A stretch of 64,000 nucleotides of DNA, taken from the IMG/VR virus record IMGVR_UViG_3300030673_000009; one strand, 5' to 3'. Below, in pieces: positions 8,995-18,498 of the stretch. Position numbers and translations under genes: made by a program. This DNA is from an uncultured virus (IMG/VR IMGVR_UViG_3300030673_000009). Lineage: Duplodnaviria > Heunggongvirae > Uroviricota > Caudoviricetes. Numbering within the stretch: position 1 is the first letter of the stretch; each line of letters starts with the position of its first letter. The notes under the pieces are model-generated. The model was not told the DNA's origin and ran no database searches. It worked only from the letters and a program-made list of their open reading frames with translations.

Positions 8995-10338
8995 CTAGTA
9001 CGAGTAGACGATGCAGATGCCGGCTCCGCCTGCCCCGCCATTGCCTCCCAGTCCGGGGTTCATGCCGACGCCTCCACCACCGCCGCCACCGCCGCCGACG
9101 CCACCATTGCCACCATCGCCACCTGCTGCGCTGGCGAACGTCGTCGTGCCGCCTCCACCGCCGCCGGACCCGCCGACTGCTGACGTGGCTGCCGATCCCG
9201 CTGTACCCGCACCCGCGGCACCGGTCGTGGAGTCAGTTCCGTACGCGCCACCACCACCGGGGACATACAGGCCGCCGGCCTTGCCTCCTGCGCCACCGGA
9301 CACGTTGGCCGGAGTCGCCGAGTGGTGACCACCCGATCCACCGCCACCACCACCGCGCATGGACGATCCGCCCAGCGAGGATGCGACGGGCGGGTTGGCA
9401 CTTCCCGCTCCACCACCGCCACCGTCAATGGCGTTCTGCGTGGTCGATACGGCCACGCTTCCCGTCACGCCCTGGCACGAGACTCCTGCCGATCCAGCCG
9501 TCGGAAGACCGCCTGTTCCTGCCGAGGAGGAACCCGTGCCTCCAGCACCAAGGCCTCCACCACCGCCTCCTCCGCCAGAGATGGCTCCGGCGTTGTTTCC
9601 ACCCGCCCCGCCACCGCCTCCGTAGGCCGTCAGGAAGGAGCCGAACGTCGTGTTGCCGCCTACACCACCGGCACCGCCTGCTGCTCCTGCAGCGCCCCTG
9701 GCACCCACCGTTCCGCCGGTCCCGCAGGTGACCACGACCGAGGTGCCGATGTCAGCGACGTCGAACACGCCGCGCATCCAGCAGCCTCCGCCGCCTCCTG
9801 CACCGCCCTTGGCCACCGTCGCGGATGCCAGTGAGGCTCCTGCACCACCGCCGCCGCCAGCGCCGATCATCTCGACGATGACGACCTTGGCGCCTGCCGG
9901 TGCCGTCCACGTTCCACCCGTGCCCATGAACCGCTGCACATTGCCCTGACCGAGTGCGCCGTCGGCGACAGGGCCGCCCGAGGAGGACGACCGGATCCAC
10001 TCGCCCTCATTGGTCATGAGCACCGACTCGTAGGGAGCCAGCGTCCCGCGCCACAGCGTGTGACCGTAGGTGCCGTCATAGAGTTCGACCGTGACCAGGT
10101 CCGAGTAGGTGGCGTTCTCGTTGTAGAACTGCAGGTACTGCACGTTGCGCTGGATGCCTGCGCCTGGTGCCGCCACCACCGTCGTCGTCGTCGCGCTGGT
10201 GATGTCCACGTTGATGCCGTCGACGGTGACCGCACCGGCATTGTTGTCCGCCCAGGAGGCGTGGCAGTCGATGTCGATGCCAGTGGCTGCAGCCGTCACG
10301 ACGCGGACGAGGTCGGTGGTGCCATTCAGGATCAGCAT
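8995..10338 (-). CDS. Glycine-rich virion/fibre protein
   Basis: GTWTAPAGAKVVIVEMIGAGGGGG...GGAGICIVYSY. Confidence 0.85.
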   Translation of the reverse strand: MLILNGTTDLVRVVTAAATGIDIDCHASWADNNAGAVTVDGINVDITSATTTTVVAAPGAGIQRNVQYLQFYNENATYSDLVTVELYDGTYGHTLWRGTLAPYESVLMTNEGEWIRSSSSGGPVADGALGQGNVQRFMGTGGTWTAPAGAKVVIVEMIGAGGGGGAGASLASATVAKGGAGGGGGCWMRGVFDVADIGTSVVVTCGTGGTVGARGAAGAAGGAGGVGGNTTFGSFLTAYGGGGGAGGNNAGAISGGGGGGGGLGAGGTGSSSAGTGGLPTAGSAGVSCQGVTGSVAVSTTQNAIDGGGGGAGSANPPVASSLGGSSMRGGGGGGSGGHHSATPANVSGGAGGKAGGLYVPGGGGAYGTDSTTGAAGAGTAGSAATSAVGGSGGGGGGTTTFASAAGGDGGNGGVGGGGGGGGGVGMNPGLGGNGGAGGAGICIVYSY

Positions 10339-10349
10339 GAGCAGGTCTC

Positions 10350-11003
10350 CTAGGTCGGGGTGTAGCGGATCAGGGCGACCAGTTCGGACCCAGCCACGGT
10401 AGAGCCGACCTGGTCAAGATCAAGCGTGCAGTAGTCGCCCGCAGCAAAGGACACCACGTCCATGTTCGTCACCTCGGCCGCCGTGGCATAGGCACTCGCG
10501 GCGATCTGCGGGCGGTTGCCCTGCGTGGTGAAGATGGTCGTGCCGTTCTTGTTCACGTCCATGATGATCGCCGCACCCGTGGGAGCCGTGTTCACCGCGG
10601 CACTGACGCCCAGGATCGTGGCCGCGAACGGGAACCGGAACCGCTGCACTCCTGTGGACACGTACAAGGCGCCCGGCCTGGAGTACGGGATGGTCGACTG
10701 CCCCTGAGCACCCGTGGCACCAGGGTTGCCCTGCTTTGCTCCCGTGAACTCGATCCAGAACGAGTCGTAGTAGATGTAGACGATGCCCGTATCCGACTCC
10801 AGCCACATCTGGCCGGCCGAGGGAGAGCCCGGCGCGGTGTCGGAGACGGTGAGGCCGCCCGAGCCGCCCACCTGCACCCAGGCAGCACCCGTGGAGGCGA
10901 ACAGCGCGTTGGAGGCGGTGTTGTAGTACAGCGACCCCGCCACCCCGACCGCGGGAGCCGAGGACAGGGTGGGGACGGTGAAGGTGCCCAGCTGCAGGCC
11001 CAT
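10350..11003 (-). CDS. Minor tail/fibre protein
   Basis: VSDTAPGSPSAGQMW linker, short collagen-like stretch, beta-rich C-terminal domain. Confidence 0.75.
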   Translation of the reverse strand: MGLQLGTFTVPTLSSAPAVGVAGSLYYNTASNALFASTGAAWVQVGGSGGLTVSDTAPGSPSAGQMWLESDTGIVYIYYDSFWIEFTGAKQGNPGATGAQGQSTIPYSRPGALYVSTGVQRFRFPFAATILGVSAAVNTAPTGAAIIMDVNKNGTTIFTTQGNRPQIAASAYATAAEVTNMDVVSFAAGDYCTLDLDQVGSTVAGSELVALIRYTPT

Positions 11004-11006
11004 GGA

Positions 11007-12851
11007 CTACCCGTAGATCACGAAGCGGTAGGCATTGGCTCCCGGGGCCGTGGCGAATGTGAAGGTCGTCACCGTGGAGCTGGTGATCGTGACATCGCAG
11101 TCCACCATGGTGTCGTCGCTGACCTTGTAGACCCGAGCGATGACGTACTTGTTGTTGAGGTTGTGGGTGATCGCGATCGTGGTGGCGCTGGCATGCGTCG
11201 AGGTCTGGAACAGCTGCGGGACATGGGCGTTGTTGCTGCCCGTGCGATCGACCGCGACAGCGTCCGCGGTGACCGCGATGCCCGTGCCCTGGCCGACCGC
11301 CATGATGTTGCTCGAGGCCGTCAGGCCCGCACCGGCCTGCGTGGCCGTGATCGTGAACAGGAACGACCACGTCGACGTGCTCGAGCCCGGCACCCACGGG
11401 GACGCACCGGTCGCGGTGCAGTAGTAGAACGTGTTCGCGCCCGTGCCCGCCTCGACCGGGACCACCGTGCCGACGCTGATCTCGTTGTTGGCGTCCGCAT
11501 CCGTGGCGCGGGTGGGGGCACCCGAGGCGGGGACGATGTAGATGCCGTTCTCGGCAGCTGCCGTCTGGCCCGCCGCCAGCACGCGGTCACCGGTGGCCAG
11601 CGTGACGCCGCCGAAGGACTGCCCGTTGGCGAAGCCCGTGGCCAAGGCCACCTGCGTCGTGCTGACCGCCCGGACGCTGTTCTTCCAGTCCAGGCCGCTG
11701 ATCAGGTTCTGCACCTGGCCCCACGTGGCCGCATCCGTGGCAGCCGTGCCATCGACCAGGCCGGTGATCTTGTGCGTGCCCATCGCCAGGTCGCCCGTGG
11801 GCGCCGACAGGGAGGACAGGCTGATGCCCGAGTGGTCGGACCCTGCATGCGTGGGCATCGCGTGCGCGTGATCGACGCGGGCGAAGGTAGCCGCCACGCC
11901 GACGGAGTTGGCGGCCGCGAACGCCTGCGCAGCAGCCATCGCCCCCACCAGGCCCCATGCCGGCAGGGAGTGCTTGTGGTCGTCCTTGGCCGGCGCAGTG
12001 CCCGAGCCGTTCGCAGCGGCATCACCGGGAGCCTGCGCCGAGGCGGCGTTCGAGCTCAGCGACGGGTTGCCGTGCGTGTGGTCCGAGCGGGAGGCCGTCG
12101 TGGCCACACCGTTGGATGCAGCCGAGCCGTACGCCGTGTCCGACGTCGCATTGCCCAGGGCGGGCATCGCATGCTTGTGGTCCCCACGGGCCACCGTGAC
12201 CGCCGTGCCGGCAGCCGCGGCATCGCCGAAGGCCTGCGTGCTCGGAGTGCCCGCGAAGCCGTAGATCTGCACCCACGCCGCGCCTGTGTCGTAGTACATG
12301 AGCTGGTTGGTGGTGTCCACGAAGAGGCGGCCGACAGTCCCGAAGGCCGGACGGTTCGCGAAGATGTCCTGGTAGATGCTCGGGGTGCCGTTGGCGTTCG
12401 CCACCGCGCCCACGCTGGAGGCCGTCGGAGCCGACGGCATCGCGTGCTTGTGGTCATCCTTCGCCGGGGCCGTGCCCGTGCCATTGGAGGCCGTGTCGCC
12501 GAACGCCTGGGTGGACGCCACGTTGCTCGAAAGACTGGGCGTGCCATGCGTGTGGTCGTTGCGGGCCGCATCCGTGCCCACGCCATCGGACCTGGTCAGG
12601 CCGTAGGTGGTCTGGCCCGTCGAGACGCCGAACGTCATCGCCGAGCCGGTGCTCAGCGTGACGAAGGTCGTGCCGTTGTAGAAGCGCAGCGTGTTGTTGC
12701 CGGTGTTGTAGTAGATCTGCCCAGTCACCGGAGTGCCGGGATCACCCGCCAGGTTCTGGATGCGGGCGTTGCGCAGCTCCTGCTTCTGCAGGTCGGCGTA
12801 ACTGACCAGGGTCAGTGCACCCTCGATGGTGACTGGGGCGTTGATGTACAT
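11007..12851 (-). CDS. Tail fibre protein with repeated D-H-x-H motifs
   Basis: Six DHxH motifs; KITGLVDGTAATDAAT and GLDWKNSVRA...GDRVL...ENGIY fibre domains. Confidence 0.85.
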   Translation of the reverse strand: MYINAPVTIEGALTLVSYADLQKQELRNARIQNLAGDPGTPVTGQIYYNTGNNTLRFYNGTTFVTLSTGSAMTFGVSTGQTTYGLTRSDGVGTDAARNDHTHGTPSLSSNVASTQAFGDTASNGTGTAPAKDDHKHAMPSAPTASSVGAVANANGTPSIYQDIFANRPAFGTVGRLFVDTTNQLMYYDTGAAWVQIYGFAGTPSTQAFGDAAAAGTAVTVARGDHKHAMPALGNATSDTAYGSAASNGVATTASRSDHTHGNPSLSSNAASAQAPGDAAANGSGTAPAKDDHKHSLPAWGLVGAMAAAQAFAAANSVGVAATFARVDHAHAMPTHAGSDHSGISLSSLSAPTGDLAMGTHKITGLVDGTAATDAATWGQVQNLISGLDWKNSVRAVSTTQVALATGFANGQSFGGVTLATGDRVLAAGQTAAAENGIYIVPASGAPTRATDADANNEISVGTVVPVEAGTGANTFYYCTATGASPWVPGSSTSTWSFLFTITATQAGAGLTASSNIMAVGQGTGIAVTADAVAVDRTGSNNAHVPQLFQTSTHASATTIAITHNLNNKYVIARVYKVSDDTMVDCDVTITSSTVTTFTFATAPGANAYRFVIYG

Positions 12852-12860
12852 GAGCTCTCC

Positions 12861-13262
12861 CTAGGACAGGTAGGCCTTGCCGCCGAAGGCAGCCAGGAAG
12901 TGAACCTCGAGGTTGTTCTCGTCCACGTACACAGTCTCCCCGAGTTGAGTGGTCCCTGCGCTGTCGATGGCCGTCACGTTTGGCTGGTAGCCCAGATTGT
13001 GCTGGATCGCCCAGACGACGTCCGGAATGGACTGATCGTGCACGTATGCCTGCGGCGCGGAGCCAGGCGGTCCCTGCGGGCCCATAGGCCCGGGCACCGT
13101 GGACGGTTCCCCCTGCGGACCGGGAATGCCCTGCAGGCCCGAAGAGGACACGATCACCACCGACGTCGATGTCTCGTCGATGATCACGCTCGACTCGTCA
13201 GCGGGGTAGACGGCCACCGCGCTCGGCTCAGGCGGGTAGACCACCACATCATCGTCAGACAT
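12861..13262 (-). CDS. Collagen-like minor tail protein
   Basis: GIPGPQGEPSTVPGPMGPQGPPG; W-x-I-x-HNLG domain. Confidence 0.8.
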   Translation of the reverse strand: MSDDDVVVYPPEPSAVAVYPADESSVIIDETSTSVVIVSSSGLQGIPGPQGEPSTVPGPMGPQGPPGSAPQAYVHDQSIPDVVWAIQHNLGYQPNVTAIDSAGTTQLGETVYVDENNLEVHFLAAFGGKAYLS

Positions 13263-13599
13263 CGCGCCTCACTCGCGCCTTCCCGCTGGCGACCTGCCCG
13301 AGCGGGCTGCCGAAGGAGTCAAGGTCGTCGTAGTCCCACTCGTACATCCCCACCTCAAGGACGCCTGTGTGGATCGGGGCCAGGAAGATCCGGATCAGGC
13401 CGGGATTCGTCAGCACCACCAGGCCATTGGCCACGCTGGCCAGCACGAATGGGACGCTGCCCGACTTCGTGGACACCAGCGACATGCGCCCGCCATGACC
13501 GGTGAGGTCGGCGGGAGCACCGTTGAGGTTCCACGTGAAACTCATGTCCCACGGCTTGCCCTGCCAGATCGTGATGTTGATCGGCACCGGAACGATCAT
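13255..13599 (-). CDS. Baseplate/fibre adaptor-like protein
   Basis: NITIWQG...ADLTG...YEWD beta-sandwich pattern, in fibre cluster. Confidence 0.65.
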   Translation of the reverse strand: MIVPVPINITIWQGKPWDMSFTWNLNGAPADLTGHGGRMSLVSTKSGSVPFVLASVANGLVVLTNPGLIRIFLAPIHTGVLEVGMYEWDYDDLDSFGSPLGQVASGKARVRRDV

Positions 13600-13621
13600 G
13601 CGATCTCCTCCCATTCGTCGC

Positions 13622-14278
13622 TCACGGCGCGATCTCGTAGCGAACGATCACCAGACCGGCATTGCCGCCATACCCATAGTTGCCTGGCGCGTATGCGACT
13701 GACGACCCGGAAGTGTCCTTGCTCAGGCCGGGACCGTAGTAGGCGCCATTGCCGGGGATGATGTCGCCGCCGCTGCCGCCACCTCCAGCACCGCCGCCGG
13801 CCCGGTACTGATCACCCGACGGACCATATGTGGGGCTCGGCCCATAGGCTGTAGGAGCACCCGATGTGCCGTTGGATGAACCACCTGACACCGAGTAGCC
13901 GGCAACGCTGGAGCCACCACCGTTACTACCAAGACCATTCGGTCCTCCCACCACGACCGCATAGGCCTGCGCAGCCAGTACAACTGCAAGCTGCTGGAGC
14001 ACACCGCCACCGCCACCGCCGTAGGTGTGGGTCAAGTACGACTCACCATCAGACCCACCACCTACCAGCAGCAGGTCGAATGGCTTCAGTGCGTTCAGTA
14101 CCGTCAAGGTGCCGCCTGCAGAGAACGAATGCACTTGGTACTTGTGACCCGAGACAGTGCCGGCCTGACCGGCAGCAGTGAACGTGGTGATCGTTCCACC
14201 CGTGGCAAGGTTGAACGCTGCACGAGCCAGTCCGCTGATCGGGGCGTACAGCCCTCCTACTGATCCGCGCCGTGGCAT
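13622..14278 (-). CDS. Glycine-rich virion protein
   Basis: ATGGTIT...HSF...LLVGGG...GLVIVRY, homologous to the N-terminal domain of 7375-8991; ATG at 14278 coupled to upstream stop. Confidence 0.8.
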   Translation of the reverse strand: MPRRGSVGGLYAPISGLARAAFNLATGGTITTFTAAGQAGTVSGHKYQVHSFSAGGTLTVLNALKPFDLLLVGGGSDGESYLTHTYGGGGGGVLQQLAVVLAAQAYAVVVGGPNGLGSNGGGSSVAGYSVSGGSSNGTSGAPTAYGPSPTYGPSGDQYRAGGGAGGGGSGGDIIPGNGAYYGPGLSKDTSGSSVAYAPGNYGYGGNAGLVIVRYEIAP

Positions 14279-14982
14279 CAGAAGTTCGCCAGCATCGAGC
14301 CGAAGCACACCCATGCGCCTGACTTGCGCACGAGGGTGAAGGAGAAGATGTCGATCTTGCCCGCACTCGAGGTAGGCGTCGGGGCACTGCCGCCAGCCCA
14401 CTTGATCGTCTGGCCACTTCCAGCCACCTGCAGTGTGGCCGGGATGTAGCCCGTGGCCCCCTGCGTGCAGAAGACCGTGACCGTGATCGCCTGGTCATTG
14501 GTCGTGGGGGCGTTCGTGATGTTCAGCGTCCAGTTCGCCGTCGGGGCCGTGGTGATGTACGAGACGTTGGAGTTCGCCAGGTCGAGCGTCTCCACGTTCG
14601 TGGCCAGCGCGATGGTGGGCGCCGGCTCATAGATGCGGTTCGCCTTGGCAGCCAGGTCGGCCGTCAGGTTCGTCACATCGGACTCGGCGATCGTGCCCAG
14701 GTGGTGCACATGGTCGGCCTTCGAGGCCGCAGTCGCCGATCCAGGAGCGGCCGTCCCCGTGTTCTGCGGAGTGGCCGCGCTCAGCGCGGGGACAGCCACG
14801 CCGCCCACCTGAAGAGCCGTGGCATTCACCGTGCCCGTGATCGTGAAGTTGCCCGTGACCACGTCCCCATGGGCGTTCATCGTGTCGTCGGCGAAGTCCG
14901 AGAGGATCGCCTGCAGATCAGCAGCGTCAGTCAGTTCCGGCAGGGTAAAGGCCGATGACCGCCCGGCAGGGGTGTACTCCAT
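14278..14982 (-). CDS. Tail fibre-like protein
   Basis: ASKADHVH motif; KWAGGSAPT...IDIFSF domain. Confidence 0.78.
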   Translation of the reverse strand: MEYTPAGRSSAFTLPELTDAADLQAILSDFADDTMNAHGDVVTGNFTITGTVNATALQVGGVAVPALSAATPQNTGTAAPGSATAASKADHVHHLGTIAESDVTNLTADLAAKANRIYEPAPTIALATNVETLDLANSNVSYITTAPTANWTLNITNAPTTNDQAITVTVFCTQGATGYIPATLQVAGSGQTIKWAGGSAPTPTSSAGKIDIFSFTLVRKSGAWVCFGSMLANF

Positions 14983-15043
14983 GCGTCCTCCACGGTAGGG
15001 CTGCCACCCATGCTAACGGCGACGAAGGCCCCAAGCCCTCACC

Positions 15044-16576
15044 TCAGAGGTTGAACACGGCGATGTCGTCCGACGCTATCTGCACGGTGACGCCACCGAT
15101 GTCGTAGGCCACGTCCACGTCAGGCTTGGCATGGAAGCCCTCGAAGTCCTTCTTCGGATCCTCCGTCTTGGGCACGCCCTGCGCAGCAGCTGCCGGAGCC
15201 ATGCGCATGGCCGCCCGATGGCAGATCGCCCCCGCAGCAACCTCGTCGGCGAGGTGGGAGTTCCAGCGCCCCGGCATGAACACCTCCTCGACTGTGGTGC
15301 CCTTGTGGGCGTCGAAGTCGGGAGTGGCACGCGTGGTCAGGTCGTAGACGCCCTGCTCCACGGCAGTGATGTACTCGGTCAGCAGGTTCGTCCTGTCCCG
15401 GCCGATCATCAGCACCTTCATGGTGCGCTCGTCGATCATGTCGTGGATGACATTGCCCAGGCCGGTGGCGTCATGGGCACTGACCGCCTGGTACTCGATG
15501 CACAGGTCGTTGAAGGCATCGATCATCGTGGGCCACGGCCGCCTGTTCCAGATCCTCAGGTAGACCACCTTCCATGGGCGAATATCCGTACGGATGACCC
15601 GGAAGACGGTCTTGTCGTGCTCCTTGGCCCAGTCAGCCCCTGCTGCGTAGGTACCCAGAGCATCAGGCTTCTCGAAGACCCACTCGTCGTCATCTCCCTT
15701 ATGGGTCTCATCCACAGTCTCAGCAGCTCGGAAGTACTTGTTGAGCTTGGCCAGGTCGAACGCACGGCTTCCTCCTGCAGGCTCGCCCAGCTCGTACTCC
15801 ACCCGGAACATCTCGGCAGGAACGCTCAGTCTCTTGCGCTCGATGAACTCCGGGCTCATCCACCCCGTGGGGTTGTCCTTGGACTTGATGACCTCCCGCC
15901 AGCACCAGGTGAAGATCGGCATCCCCTTGGCCTTGGCATCGGCCATCACCGTGGAGAACGTGCCCACGGGGTTCTGCCACGTGCTCGAGGCCACCACCAT
16001 CTCGGGGATCTCGATGCCCCGGGCGTTGGGCTTCTCCATCGCCTGACCCATGGCGGCGTCGTAGACGTCCTTGTCCATCTCGTCGATCTCGTCCAGCAGC
16101 GTCATGTGCGGGTGAGGGCCGCGCACTGTCTTCTGGGAGGCGGGAAGCGGCCTGATCCAGTTGGACTCCCCGAACTCCAGCTCGGTCTGGATCTGCTTGG
16201 TGACCGCCTGCCGGGGAGCGTTCGGCTTGAGCATGAGGTTCTCCACATGCTCCTGCACGTTCTGGGACTGGGCCATGGACCCGCCCAGCAGGGTCACGTT
16301 GATCTCCAGCACCGCGGCCTTGACCAGGGCGAGCAGGGCCAGCATGTAGCTCTTGCCCGTGCCCCGAGAGCCGTACCACAGGGCGTAGTTGGGCTCCCTG
16401 GCGAAGTAGGCATGGGCGAAGGCGGTGAAGGGGGCCACGTGCCCCTCGCAGACGGCCTGCCGGGGGATGGCCACCCCGAACATGGCGAAGACCACCCACC
16501 ACAGCTCGTCCTCGGTGGCTGGGGGTCGTGCCAGCTGCAGCCTGCCTTGAGGGGTCGTGGTGAGGGTGTCGCTCAT
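15044..16576 (-). CDS. terL: Terminase large subunit
   Basis: Walker A GSRGTGKS, Walker B TLLDEID, nuclease GADWAKEHD and HDATGLG. Confidence 0.95.
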   Translation of the reverse strand: MSDTLTTTPQGRLQLARPPATEDELWWVVFAMFGVAIPRQAVCEGHVAPFTAFAHAYFAREPNYALWYGSRGTGKSYMLALLALVKAAVLEINVTLLGGSMAQSQNVQEHVENLMLKPNAPRQAVTKQIQTELEFGESNWIRPLPASQKTVRGPHPHMTLLDEIDEMDKDVYDAAMGQAMEKPNARGIEIPEMVVASSTWQNPVGTFSTVMADAKAKGMPIFTWCWREVIKSKDNPTGWMSPEFIERKRLSVPAEMFRVEYELGEPAGGSRAFDLAKLNKYFRAAETVDETHKGDDDEWVFEKPDALGTYAAGADWAKEHDKTVFRVIRTDIRPWKVVYLRIWNRRPWPTMIDAFNDLCIEYQAVSAHDATGLGNVIHDMIDERTMKVLMIGRDRTNLLTEYITAVEQGVYDLTTRATPDFDAHKGTTVEEVFMPGRWNSHLADEVAAGAICHRAAMRMAPAAAAQGVPKTEDPKKDFEGFHAKPDVDVAYDIGGVTVQIASDDIAVFNL

Positions 16577-16600
16577 CTGGTCTCCATCGATCCATCATGC

Positions 16601-16669
16601 CTGTCCACAGGCTCATCCACACCTGTGCAGACGCAAATGGCCCACCGGTGAGGGTGGGCCTGAGGATAA
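16601..16669. promoter_or_regulatory. Cluster of DnaA-box-like 9-mers and hairpin (candidate origin)
   Basis: CTGTCCACA 16601, TCATCCACA 16613, TTATCCTCA (minus, 16661), each one mismatch from TT(A/G)TCCACA; hairpin 16639-16660. Confidence 0.4.
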
Positions 16670-16918
16670 GCAGGACAGTATAGGGAGAACAGGGAGTAAC
16701 ACTCTCTATATGTCCACTACTACGTAGTGGTTGGCCTGTCTGGTCACTTCCAATGACCTGTGATCAAGGCCTGATGCCCTGCGCCTCGCTGCGGCTCTTC
16801 GTCGTCCCGCTGTCGCATGGGCGGACAGTGGAGCACGCCGCTCGGCATGCGCGATCATACACTGACACCGGGGTTTCCACACCTCCTGGTGACCGTCCCG
16901 GTGGTGATGTGTCAGTAG

Positions 16919-16947
16919 TGGACAGCAACTGACATAGCCGGTATGAT
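16919..16947 (+). promoter_or_regulatory. SigA-like promoter for the replication operon
   Basis: TGGACA-N17-TATGAT. Confidence 0.65.
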
Positions 16948-16955
16948 GGCTTCAC

Positions 16956-16996
16956 CGCGGGTAGGGAGATCTCTATCTCCCCGCCTGCGGCTTTTT
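16956..16996 (+). terminator. Intrinsic terminator-like hairpin directly after the promoter
   Basis: CCGCGGGTAGGGAGAT/ATCTCCCCGCCTGCGG imperfect stem followed by CTTTTT. Confidence 0.55.
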
Positions 16997-17097
16997 CATG
17001 CCCGTGTCATCCCACATCGGCACTCAAGGAGGTGCAGGATGGCCACTATCCAGAGTTGATCCGCTGCCCTCACCCGGCGGTGTAGTGAGGAGACCTC

Positions 17098-18378
17098 ATG
17101 CCACAACAGCCCGCAACGAACATCCACACATTCGCCTCCCAGGCCGAGAAGTCATGGCCTGCGGAGGCGTTCTTCATCTCGGCCCTCATCGAGAAGGGCC
17201 AGTACCACCCCGGGGCCTACGGGGTGTCCGACCACCATTTCGGTCCCTGGAAGGCCGTGCACGAGTTCTGCAAGGACCATCAGTCCAAGGCAGGCCGGGC
17301 ACCGACCATGGAGCTGGTCCGCCGCAAGTTCCCCCGGTTCCCCTACCTCGAGCACATGGACCCCATCTGGGCAGCCGAGGACATGGTCAATGCCTGGGGG
17401 TCACGCACCTTCCGGGGAGCCATGGGCAAGGCCAGCCAGCTGCTGATCGAGGAGGACCTCCCCCAGGCCCTGGCCGTCATGAGGCAGGCCATGCAGATCG
17501 TCACCCCTGCCCTGACCCGGGGATCGGCCATGCACGACTTCTCAGACATCGAGGCAGCCAGCGGAGTGCAGCGCATCTGCGTGGACTACGACGACGGCAA
17601 GCTGCAGCAGTACACCGGGGGCATCGGACCCGGAGAGCTCTGGTACTTCGCCGCACGCCTGGGCGAGGGCAAGACCTGGGAGCTGCTGCGCATCGCCGTC
17701 AGCGCTGCCGAGGCCGGCCAGAACGTCATCCTGTTCTCCACCGAGATGAACGCCTCGCAGGTCAAGGAGCGCCTGCACCGCATCGCCCTGCGGAACACCC
17801 CCATGGGGGCCAAGGGCTACGACCTCATGGGCATCAAGGACCGCCGGGACCGCATCAAGGTCTGGCAGTCCACCTCGGGCAGGATCACCATCTACGACCC
17901 CTCCTCAGGTCCCACCACGGCTGCCAGGGTGGCCGCGGCAGCCACCGAGGACACCTTGATCATCATCGACTACGTGGGCCTGATGAGGACCGCCACAGGC
18001 GCTCGGGCCATCGAGGACTGGCGGGCGGCGGCCACCATCTCCAATGAGCTCAAGGAGGCATCGCTGGAGTATGCGGTGCCCATCATCGCCGCGGCCCAGA
18101 TCAACCGTGAGGGGGCCAAGGCCAAGGATGGGGCAGGGTCCCAGCACCTGTCCCAGACGGACGCCTTCGGGCAGGACGCCGATGTCATCTGCACCCTGAA
18201 GTCCTTCAGCACGCATGTGCGGGTCAAGGGGCTGGTGAAGAACAGACACGGCATCCAGGGGGTCAAGTGGTACAGCCATTTCGACCCCGCTATGGCAGCC
18301 TTTGAGGACATCAGTCCGGAGAAGGCGCACACCATTGCCGACCTGGACAAGGAGCAAGAGTCCTCGGCCGTGGAGTGA
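17098..18378 (+). CDS. DnaB-like (SF4) replicative helicase
   Basis: Walker A ARLGEGKT, FSTEM, IIIDYVGLM, AAQINR, QDAD, KNRHG. Confidence 0.93.
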   Translation: MPQQPATNIHTFASQAEKSWPAEAFFISALIEKGQYHPGAYGVSDHHFGPWKAVHEFCKDHQSKAGRAPTMELVRRKFPRFPYLEHMDPIWAAEDMVNAWGSRTFRGAMGKASQLLIEEDLPQALAVMRQAMQIVTPALTRGSAMHDFSDIEAASGVQRICVDYDDGKLQQYTGGIGPGELWYFAARLGEGKTWELLRIAVSAAEAGQNVILFSTEMNASQVKERLHRIALRNTPMGAKGYDLMGIKDRRDRIKVWQSTSGRITIYDPSSGPTTAARVAAAATEDTLIIIDYVGLMRTATGARAIEDWRAAATISNELKEASLEYAVPIIAAAQINREGAKAKDGAGSQHLSQTDAFGQDADVICTLKSFSTHVRVKGLVKNRHGIQGVKWYSHFDPAMAAFEDISPEKAHTIADLDKEQESSAVE

Positions 18379-18498
18379 GCATGAGCAGCACAACGTGGAT
18401 CTGCTTCACATGCGGGTCCCCGGATCGTCACACCCATCCATCGGGCATCACCTTCTGCGGAGGGTGCGGCGTGCCCGACCTACCCAAGAGGAGACCAG

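Noticed and set aside
6847..14982. Diversity-generating retroelement or invertible fibre switch
   Set aside because: No reverse transcriptase or invertase, and I saw no near-identical template/variable repeat pair
14983..15043. Shared late-promoter motif (TAnnnT boxes upstream of 14982, 4262, 32180 and 57402)
   Set aside because: Only the minimal TAnnnT is shared; too weak to distinguish from chance
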